A program made the position numbers and the translations under genes. Below the pieces are notes generated by a model. The model was given only the letters and a program-made list of their open reading frames with translations, made no database searches and was not told the DNA's origin. DNA of 64,000 bases, from the NCBI GenBank assembly GCA_001805965.1, contig MHHG01000072.1, forward strand, positions 429-64,428, read 5' to 3'. This document shows positions 56,583-64,000 of this stretch, piece by piece; within the stretch, counting starts at the first letter, position 1, and every line of letters begins with the position of its first letter. Origin of the DNA: Omnitrophica WOR_2 bacterium RIFOXYA2_FULL_38_17 (GTDB lineage: Bacteria; Omnitrophota; Gorgyraeia; Zapsychrales; Zapsychraceae).

Positions 56583-56669
56583 TTAACAGAGCATATTGTA
56601 AAGATGGGTTTTCTTAAGGGATGTCTCCAGGCTAAATAAGATCTAGACAATATCTAAAGGGTTCTTATC

Positions 56670-58370
56670 ATGCTAGAAAATGTAAAAAAAATAGTAGGAG
56701 AAAGATTGATCAAGTCAGGTATTGTTGATCAAGATCAATACCTCTTAGCGCTGGAGAGACAAAAGGACACGGGTGTTTGCTTAAAACAGATTTTGGTCGA
56801 CCTTGGATATATTTCAGAAGCCGAGCTTGCGGATTATAAGTGGGCATCCTTCAATATTCCTTTTATGGAAGATGTCCTAGATAAAGTAGTAGACCCTCAA
56901 ATCATTCAGATGATACCCGAAGCCATTTGTAGAAATAATAATGTTATGCCCTTATTTAAGGTAATGGATGTACTTATAATCGCTATGCTAAATCCTTTAG
57001 ATAAGAGCTTAATTGATGATCTTAAAATGGTAACAGGATGCCAAATTGACGGTGTTCTGGTAAAAAAAGAAGAGCTTGTTAAGTCTATAGATATGTTTTA
57101 TGGAAAAGCTGACGGGTCAAGTAAGATAGTTAAAAGAATGGTTGATGATGAGGAAGAATTATTTTTGATAAATGAGAACAAAGAGACCGAATCTTCTTTG
57201 AAGACAACAACTACTCTTGATGCCCCGGTCATTAGAATTGTTAATGCAATTATAAGCCAGGCGATCAAAAAAGGCGCAAGCGAAATTCATTTTGACCCTG
57301 ATGAAGATATCTTGAGGGTAAAATATCGTATTGATGGCGTATTAAGAGATGCAATGATCACTACTAGGAGCCTGCAGCCTTCAATAATATCAAGGATTAA
57401 AATTATGGCTTCATTTGATATTTCAGTCAAAAGAACGCCACAGGAAGGCAAGTTCAAAGTTAATTCATATAATAAAGATTTTGATGTGCGTGTTCTCACT
57501 GTTCCTGCGATCTATGGGGAGAAGATTGTTATGAGATTGTTAGATCAGATAAGCATAAAACTTGGATTAAAGGATTTAGGTTTTACTAAGGAATGTTATG
57601 AAAAATTTACTGAATTGATAAAGAGCCCGTATGGGATCATTTTTGTAACTGGCCCCACAGGCAGTGGAAAGACAACGACACTTTATCTTGCATTGCAGGA
57701 GATTCATTCTTATAAGCGCAATATCATCACAATTGAAGACCCTATTGAATGTGTTCTTGACGGAATAGACCAGATAGAGGTAAACGCGAAGGCAGGAGAG
57801 ACCTTTGCCGAGAATCTAACTTCTGTTTTGGAGCAGGAGCCTGATGTGATTATGGTTGGAGAGATAAGCGACCTTGAGACGGCTGACATTGCCGTGAGGG
57901 CAGCATTAACAAATCATTTAGTGTTCAGCACTCTTTCTTCAAGAGATACTCCCGGTGCGATAGCTCGTATGATTGATATTGGCATACAGCCTTATTTAGT
58001 TACTTCCTCAATTATTTGCATTCTTACCCAGAGATTGGTTAGGGTTATTTGTCTTGATTGCAGGGAGAAGTATATTATGTCAGAAAGCGAGTTTAAGGAA
58101 TCTGGATTAGTGGGCCAGAAAGGAGAATATACTTTCTTCAAAGGTGCTGGCTGCAGTCAATGTTCAGGCTCGGGGTATCGTGGTAAGACAGGGATCTTTG
58201 AGCTTATGATCATTGATAAGGAATTAAGGGGTTTGATACAGTCTGGAAAATCAGCTGAGATGATTATGTATGCCGCTCGCAGAGCAGGCATGAAAACATT
58301 ATGGGAGGATGGCATAGAGAAAGTTAAAAAGGGTATAACAACCTTTGAAGAACTTAAAAGAACAATTTAG
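56670..58370 (+). CDS. PilB/GspE-family secretion ATPase paralog with MshEN-like N-terminus
   Basis: Walker A GPTGSGKTT, ITIEDP, VIMVGE, tetracysteine (CLDC…CSQC), GYRGKTGIFE. Confidence 0.9.
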   Translation: MLENVKKIVGERLIKSGIVDQDQYLLALERQKDTGVCLKQILVDLGYISEAELADYKWASFNIPFMEDVLDKVVDPQIIQMIPEAICRNNNVMPLFKVMDVLIIAMLNPLDKSLIDDLKMVTGCQIDGVLVKKEELVKSIDMFYGKADGSSKIVKRMVDDEEELFLINENKETESSLKTTTTLDAPVIRIVNAIISQAIKKGASEIHFDPDEDILRVKYRIDGVLRDAMITTRSLQPSIISRIKIMASFDISVKRTPQEGKFKVNSYNKDFDVRVLTVPAIYGEKIVMRLLDQISIKLGLKDLGFTKECYEKFTELIKSPYGIIFVTGPTGSGKTTTLYLALQEIHSYKRNIITIEDPIECVLDGIDQIEVNAKAGETFAENLTSVLEQEPDVIMVGEISDLETADIAVRAALTNHLVFSTLSSRDTPGAIARMIDIGIQPYLVTSSIICILTQRLVRVICLDCREKYIMSESEFKESGLVGQKGEYTFFKGAGCSQCSGSGYRGKTGIFELMIIDKELRGLIQSGKSAEMIMYAARRAGMKTLWEDGIEKVKKGITTFEELKRTI

Positions 58371-58414
58371 TGAATGATGAGTAATTTGTTTGTTTTTTGA
58401 TCCTATATAAAGAA

Positions 58415-58810
58415 TTATACGGATATGTATTTCAGCCAGACAGTCCTGTTTCTTGGGCCGTCAAATTCCATGAAAAATATTCCTTGCCAGGTGCCTAAAA
58501 GAACTTGTCCGTTCTCAACGATAAAATTATAGGAGAAATTCATCAAGCTGGCTTTAATATGGGCATCGGAATTACCTTCAATGTGAGCAAAACCAAAATC
58601 TTGGGGGATTTTTTTATTAAGGAAAGCAATAATGTCTTTTTTGACATCCGGATCGGCATTTTCGTTTACTGTTATGCCTGCAGTGGTATGCGGAGAGAAG
58701 ACTGTTAAGATCCCTGAGGAATAACCGTTCTTCGCAATGTATTGCTGGATTTGAGGGGTGATATCAATTATTTGTTCTCTTTGTCTTGAGGATATCTTTA
58801 GTATTTCCAT
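58415..58810 (-). CDS. yjbQ: YjbQ/UPF0047 family protein
   Basis: HTTAGITVNENADPDV, EGNSDAHIK, LGTWQGIFF.EFDGPR. Start MEILKI at 58810. Confidence 0.9.
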   Translation of the reverse strand: MEILKISSRQREQIIDITPQIQQYIAKNGYSSGILTVFSPHTTAGITVNENADPDVKKDIIAFLNKKIPQDFGFAHIEGNSDAHIKASLMNFSYNFIVENGQVLLGTWQGIFFMEFDGPRNRTVWLKYISV

Positions 58811-58926
58811 TTTTGGCTTTTGCCTTTCATTGTGATAGATATTAAGGACTGAAGACAGGATGATTATACTAGTTTGAGAAAAGGGTAGCAAATTGTATTT
58901 GGATCTAATAATATTTTTAAAAGAGA

Positions 58927-59196
58927 ATGATAAGATTGTTAAATAAACTGTTTGTTTCAATTTGTGTTTTTGCAATACGAATGTATCAAAAGGTTATTGC
59001 ACCCTATTTTCCTTCTCAATGCAGGTTTCAGCCAAGCTGCTCAAGATATATGGAAGATTCTTTAAATAGGTTCGGGTTCTTTAAGGGTTTATACTTGGGA
59101 ATAAAAAGGATATTGCGCTGTAATCCCAGGGGCAAACATGGATATGACCCGGTGCCGATGAAAGAAGATGGCCTTAAGGACGAAAAGGACAAATAG
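58927..59196 (+). CDS. yidD: Membrane protein insertion efficiency factor
   Basis: YQKVIAP…CRFQPSCS.Y…KRILRCNP…GYDPVP. Confidence 0.92.
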   Translation: MIRLLNKLFVSICVFAIRMYQKVIAPYFPSQCRFQPSCSRYMEDSLNRFGFFKGLYLGIKRILRCNPRGKHGYDPVPMKEDGLKDEKDK

Positions 59197-59270
59197 TTTG
59201 TGTCTAGGTCAATGGATTTTGAAATTTAGATAAAATATTTTTCATAGGACAAGAAAGAAAGTTAGGAGAA

Positions 59271-60107
59271 ATGATGGAAGGCTGGGCATATTTACAATAC
59301 AGAATCAATCCTGTTTTCGTCTCGATCGGGCCTGTAAGTATTCACTGGTATGGGATAATGTACTTGATAGCTTTTTTTCTTACATATTATTTGGTTAAGT
59401 ACAGGATCAAAGCTGAGAAATTAAATTATTCAAAAGATTTGATATATGATTTTATGACGCAGGCAATCTTAGGCGCGGTTTTAGGCGGAAGATTGGGGTA
59501 TGTGCTGTTTTATAATTTGGGATATTTTATGCAACATCCTCTTGAGATAGTTTCTCCTTTTGATCTTTCGGATGGGATCAGATTTGTTGGTATATATGGG
59601 ATGTCTTATCACGGGGGATTGTTGGGAGTCGCAGCTGTTTTTGCTCTTTTTTGCAAAAAAAGGAAACTGGACCTATTTAGGTTCGTTGACCTTATTGTCC
59701 CGGCTTTTCCATTGGGCTATATGTTTGGAAGGATAGGGAACTTTATTAATGGTGAGTTGTTTGGGCGGGCCACGGATGTTGCTTGGGGCATGTATTTTAA
59801 GAGCGATATGCTTGATCAGTTGCGTCATCCTTCACAGCTTTATGAAGCATTCTTTGAAGGATTGTTGTTGTTTGCGGTTCTTTGGTATTTAAGAACAAGA
59901 TCAAAGTTTGAAGGTTTTTTGTTCTCGGTATATTTGATCGGTTATGGAGTTGTAAGGTTTTTTATAGAATATTTTCGTGAGCCTGATGCGCATTTGGGGT
60001 TTATTGTAGGCTCTTTTTCTATGGGGCAGCTCTTGTGCCTTGTGATGATAGCTGCAGGTATAATAGTTCTTTCCTTAAAAAATAAAAAGTCCGTTAACTG
60101 TAAGTGA
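59271..60107 (+). CDS. lgt: Prolipoprotein diacylglyceryl transferase
   Basis: HWYG.MY, GGRLGYVLFY, GMSYHGG, GRIGNFINGEL.GR, HPSQLYE, RF.IEYFREPD. Confidence 0.97.
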   Translation: MMEGWAYLQYRINPVFVSIGPVSIHWYGIMYLIAFFLTYYLVKYRIKAEKLNYSKDLIYDFMTQAILGAVLGGRLGYVLFYNLGYFMQHPLEIVSPFDLSDGIRFVGIYGMSYHGGLLGVAAVFALFCKKRKLDLFRFVDLIVPAFPLGYMFGRIGNFINGELFGRATDVAWGMYFKSDMLDQLRHPSQLYEAFFEGLLLFAVLWYLRTRSKFEGFLFSVYLIGYGVVRFFIEYFREPDAHLGFIVGSFSMGQLLCLVMIAAGIIVLSLKNKKSVNCK

Positions 60108-60129
60108 CATTTAGAATGGGATCAATCTA

Positions 60130-61710
60130 ATGAATAGAAGTGTATTAATAGTAGTGCTTGTTCTGGCTACTTTCTTTTTTTATTCTTCTGCTTTAGATAA
60201 TGGTTTTACTAATTGGGATGATCCAAAATATCTAACACAGAATAAAAGAGTGCAGGTCCTATCTTTTGAAAGTATTGCAGACCTGTTTACCCGAACAAAG
60301 ATAGGTTATCATCACTATATCCCCTTAACATTGTTGTCTTTTGCTATAGAAAATCATTTCTTTGGGCTTGATCCAAAGATCTTTATCTTGAACAATATTT
60401 TGCTTCATTGTGTAAATGTGCTCTTGGTTCTATGGTTTGTGTTTCTTTTATTGAAGCGGTTCGATATTGCATTTATGACCGCTGCGCTATTTGCAGTACA
60501 TCCGGTGCACGTTGAATCGGTTGCGTGGATAGTTGAAAGAAAGGATGTTCTTTATACGCTTTTTTATTTAGGTTCAATTATCAGTTTTATTTATTCTGCA
60601 AAAAGAGAGCAGAAAAAGAACAGTTTTTATTCGCTTTCTTTATTATTATTTTTGTTTTCATTGTTCTCAAAGCCTGCAGCAGTGACGCTGCCTATAGTGC
60701 TTTTGCTGATAGATCTTTATTTTCATGGGGATATCTATGTTTTTGACTGGAAGAAGATGGCTGGCGCCTTGTTCAATAAGATACCTTTTTTTATACTTTC
60801 CGGAATATTTGTTTTTATTGCTTTTGGGCAGCAAAAGCCGGGTTTATTTGATATTTATTCTCGATTGGAGCATATCATGATAGGCAGCTATGGTTTCATG
60901 TTTTATGTTGTAAAGCTGATTATGCCGTCGGGTCTGTCTTGTTTTTATCCTGTTCCCGCAAAAATAAATAATAGTTTGCCGATTTTATTTAGTATTGCTC
61001 CGGCAGTATTAATCGCGGCAGTATTTTCCTTGGCCTTTGTTTTTAGAAAGAAAAGGGAGCTATTGTTCGGCTTATTGTTTTATTGCGTGACGATATCTTT
61101 AGTGACATTTTTTGGGGCGTCTACGGCTTTGGCGTCAGATAGATATACTTATGTTCCTTCTATCGGGGTATTTCTGATAGCTTCTTATCTTGTTTGTCAT
61201 TTGGTGAGTCATGAATCAATAAAAAATATGGCTGTCAGGCTTTCTTTGAAGTTCTTGATATCTTGTTTTTTTGTAGTGCTTGCAATCATGACTTTTGACA
61301 GGTGCAAAATTTGGGAAAATGGTATTACGCTTTGGAGCGATGTTATATCAAAATATGACAATGTTATAGAAGCTTATGTGAATAGAGGCAATGAATATGG
61401 CAGGAACAAGGAATATGACCTGGCTTTGGAAGATTACAAAAAGGCGCTAGAGCTTGAACCTAGTAATCTTACTGCACTAACCAGTCGTGGTTATTTGTTT
61501 TATTTGATGGGCTTTTATGATAGGGCCATTGATGATTATACTAAGGCAATTTCAGCTTATCCCCAATATGTTCCCGCATATCTAAATAGGTCGCTAGCCT
61601 ATGAAAGAATTGGAGAATTTAGAGGTGCGGTTGATGACCTTATGAAGGCAAGAATGATTGATCCGAATGTCTCTATTGAGCGTCTTAATGATTTGAAGAA
61701 AATAAAATAA
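60130..61710 (+). CDS. TMTC-like GT-C protein (membrane O-mannosyltransferase-like domain + TPRs)
   Basis: NGFTNWDD, HP.HVESVAWI.ERKDVL, DRY.Y.PSIG, W.N..TLW, then C-terminal TPRs. Confidence 0.85.
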   Translation: MNRSVLIVVLVLATFFFYSSALDNGFTNWDDPKYLTQNKRVQVLSFESIADLFTRTKIGYHHYIPLTLLSFAIENHFFGLDPKIFILNNILLHCVNVLLVLWFVFLLLKRFDIAFMTAALFAVHPVHVESVAWIVERKDVLYTLFYLGSIISFIYSAKREQKKNSFYSLSLLLFLFSLFSKPAAVTLPIVLLLIDLYFHGDIYVFDWKKMAGALFNKIPFFILSGIFVFIAFGQQKPGLFDIYSRLEHIMIGSYGFMFYVVKLIMPSGLSCFYPVPAKINNSLPILFSIAPAVLIAAVFSLAFVFRKKRELLFGLLFYCVTISLVTFFGASTALASDRYTYVPSIGVFLIASYLVCHLVSHESIKNMAVRLSLKFLISCFFVVLAIMTFDRCKIWENGITLWSDVISKYDNVIEAYVNRGNEYGRNKEYDLALEDYKKALELEPSNLTALTSRGYLFYLMGFYDRAIDDYTKAISAYPQYVPAYLNRSLAYERIGEFRGAVDDLMKARMIDPNVSIERLNDLKKIK

Positions 61711-61824
61711 TAAAAGATTACCTTGGTGCAAGAAATTGACAACTATGTTAGAATGAATTTAATTTCCTGTAATAAGAATATTGGCATGCCTTATTTAAAA
61801 TTTCAAAAAAAGGAGTGAAGTATT

Positions 61825-62592
61825 ATGTCTAGAAAAAGTAAAATGTTTATAGGTTTACTGGTCATGGTTTTTTTGGCTGGATTTTGGGCCGTTGGGGCTA
61901 TGGCTCAGAAAGATGCCGGTAAAGATCTCAAGCCGTATATCAATAATGTGGAAGAGGCTAAAGGCGGGATGACAGTATTTCAGATGATGAAGGCTGGTGG
62001 TTTTATCATGATCATCCTAGCCGCGATCTCTGTAGTTGCGGTTGCTTTTATAGTTTATAACTTCAGGGTATTGAAGATAGAGAACTTAGTGCCGGCCAAA
62101 TTCACTGATGATCTTATCACGATGCTTGAAGAAGGCGAAGGCAAGCGTGCATATGCGTTGTGTCAGACGCAAGACAATATTGTCTCGAATATCGTTGTCG
62201 CTGGTTTAGAGAAGCGTGATAAAGGCGATGTTTTTGCTAAAGAAGCTATTGAGGCGGTTGCACGTCAGGAAGTTGGCGCATTGTGGCAAAATATCAGTTA
62301 TTTGGCAGATATCGCTACTGTGGCGCCATTAATAGGTTTGCTTGGAACAGTTTTGGGTATGATACAGGCTTTTAATGTTATTGCCTTTCAGACAGCTGTC
62401 GTCAAACCTATACTTTTGGCTGGCGGTGTTTCAAAGGCCATGGTTACAACTGCCGGGGGCTTGATAGTTGCAATTCCTGCTATGCTTTTTTATTCATATT
62501 TTAAGGGAAAAGTCATCGAAATATCCAACCTCGTAGAAAGTTATTCGACTGATATAACTAAACTTATCCAGGAATTAAAAAAGGGAAAATAG
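61825..62592 (+). CDS. exbB: MotA/TolQ/ExbB proton channel protein
   Basis: IATVAPLIGLLGTV.GMI.AF, GGVSKAMVTTAGGLIVAIPA. Confidence 0.9.
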   Translation: MSRKSKMFIGLLVMVFLAGFWAVGAMAQKDAGKDLKPYINNVEEAKGGMTVFQMMKAGGFIMIILAAISVVAVAFIVYNFRVLKIENLVPAKFTDDLITMLEEGEGKRAYALCQTQDNIVSNIVVAGLEKRDKGDVFAKEAIEAVARQEVGALWQNISYLADIATVAPLIGLLGTVLGMIQAFNVIAFQTAVVKPILLAGGVSKAMVTTAGGLIVAIPAMLFYSYFKGKVIEISNLVESYSTDITKLIQELKKGK

Positions 62593-62595
62593 AAA

Positions 62596-63018
62596 ATGGC
62601 TAATTTAAATGTTTCAGAATATCAAAAACAAGGGCCGGTTATTCAGATGGCACCGCTTATCGATATTATTTTCTTAACATTAGTCTTTTTTATGACGCTT
62701 TCTGTCTTTAGTCAGCTTGAATCAGAGCTGAATATCAGTGTGCCTAAATCAAAAGAGTCAAAAGAGACGGTCAGGAGTCCGGGCGAGGTGATTATTAATA
62801 TTACCAAAGAAGGCAAGGTCATTGTTAACCAGAAGGTTCTTACTACTGAAGGGCTTGAAGAAATGTTGATGAAGGTTTCCTCTCTTTTTCCGGATCAGCC
62901 TGTTATCATTAGGGCGGATGAAAAAACATATCATAAATATGTGGTTGGTGTTCTTGATGCTTGTGCCCAGGCAGAAATATGGAATATTTCATTCTCAGCG
63001 ACTAAAGAAGAAATGTAA
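62596..63018 (+). CDS. exbD: ExbD/TolR biopolymer transport protein
   Basis: MAPLIDIIFL.LVFFM, VIIRAD. Confidence 0.9.
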   Translation: MANLNVSEYQKQGPVIQMAPLIDIIFLTLVFFMTLSVFSQLESELNISVPKSKESKETVRSPGEVIINITKEGKVIVNQKVLTTEGLEEMLMKVSSLFPDQPVIIRADEKTYHKYVVGVLDACAQAEIWNISFSATKEEM

Positions 63019-63045
63019 TAATTGTTTGATATTTTGAATATAAAA

Positions 63046-64000
63046 ATGATGAATTGTTATAGAAAAGTTGTATGCGCGGCTTTGTTTTGTGGATTATTAT
63101 TTTGCAGTGATAGTGTCTTTTCACAAGAAGAAGTGCAGATCAAAGAGGAACAATCTGAAGAGAAAGAGGCTCTTTCTAAAGATATTGAGCAGCTTGATTT
63201 TGCTAATGGCCTTTTTGAAAGAGGTCTCTTCAAAATGGCAGATAAGGAATATGAGAAGTTTATAAAATTATATCCTGAAAGTAGCCTGCGGATCGAAGCT
63301 TATTACGGGGCGCCGGAAAGTCTTTTCTTTGATCAGTCTTACAAAAAAGCTATAGAGAAATTTAAACGGTACAGGGAGTTTTTCCCTGATGATAATAAGA
63401 ACAATCTTGCTGTTTTAAGGATCGGCCAGTCATATTATCTGGTAGGTAATTTAGATGAGGCGATTGCTACTTTTCATTCTGTGGATGATTCAAAGCTTAC
63501 CGACAATTTTAAACAGACCCTTTATTATTATCTTGGGAAGGCTTATCGGGACAAAGGAGACAAGTCAAGAAGTATTGAAAGTTATAAAAAGGCAACACAG
63601 GTTCCCAACGATAGTAAATATGTCACTCAGTCATATTTCGATATGGGTGATATCTATGGCGAGGACAGTAAGTTTGGTGAAGCTATCGAAGTTTATAGTA
63701 AAGCCTATGACTCTGCAGTTTTAGACAAATCAAAAGTGCAGGCGCTTTTTAAGAAAGGCGAGATGAGCTTTCTTTCAAAGGACTATGAGGCTTCTATCTC
63801 TACTTTTGGTAATATTGTTGGACAGTTTCCGGATGATGATTTAGCAAAAGAGGCTTTTTCCAATCTCGTTTCTTCTCTATACAACGCATCTAAGTATGAA
63901 GAGATATTGATAGAATATAAAAAGCATTCTGATTTGGTAGCAAAGACCAATAATGCTAGCGGCATTATGCTAATGACGGCTCGAGCGTTTCTTCAGCTTG
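63046..64000 (+). CDS. Exported TPR protein (3' truncated by window edge; not in ORF track)
   Basis: MMNCYRKVVCAALFCGLLFCSDSVFSQEE…, followed by TPR pairs such as FANGLFERG…YEKFIKLYPES and …FPDD. Confidence 0.8.
   Translation, partial: MMNCYRKVVCAALFCGLLFCSDSVFSQEEVQIKEEQSEEKEALSKDIEQLDFANGLFERGLFKMADKEYEKFIKLYPESSLRIEAYYGAPESLFFDQSYKKAIEKFKRYREFFPDDNKNNLAVLRIGQSYYLVGNLDEAIATFHSVDDSKLTDNFKQTLYYYLGKAYRDKGDKSRSIESYKKATQVPNDSKYVTQSYFDMGDIYGEDSKFGEAIEVYSKAYDSAVLDKSKVQALFKKGEMSFLSKDYEASISTFGNIVGQFPDDDLAKEAFSNLVSSLYNASKYEEILIEYKKHSDLVAKTNNASGIMLMTARAFLQL

Noticed and set aside
63068-63965. Short ORFs 63068, 63455 and 63783 from the track
   Set aside because: They overlap the real TPR reading frame starting at 63046, which runs off the window.

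Overview
Low-GC bacterial chromosomal window. From my recollection of similar gene families it is most consistent with Candidatus Omnitrophota (PVC group); this is inference, not verified. It opens with the end of an integrase-bearing accessory segment closed by a complete IS30, followed by tandem GT-C glycosyltransferases and a c-di-GMP-I riboswitch controlling a minor type IV pilin cluster. Further on are a DUF1846-carB-purF-like operon, an 11 kb signalling cluster (3 histidine kinases, 3 receivers, FIST, GGDEF-EAL), a TolC-glpK-G3P dehydrogenase operon, a PilB/GspE paralog, lgt, a TMTC-like protein and exbBD-TPR. The main discovery candidate is a pair of paralogous secreted proteins (6478..13482, 2334 aa; 46492..49227, 911 aa). 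They share a highly conserved ~350-aa N-terminal domain and a ~60-aa C-terminal 'PGGID...PVIINISP...PLLLG' tail but carry unrelated enzyme cargo: GHKL ATPases plus an HExxH metallopeptidase in one, a kinase-like domain in the other. A D-x-[SA]-M-L motif sits at the module junctions. This suggests a polymorphic, possibly proteolytically processed effector-delivery system. Also notable are a PurF lacking its catalytic Cys, a PilB with degenerate catalytic motifs, and long G-U-rich leader hairpins. No rRNA, tRNA or CRISPR array was seen.
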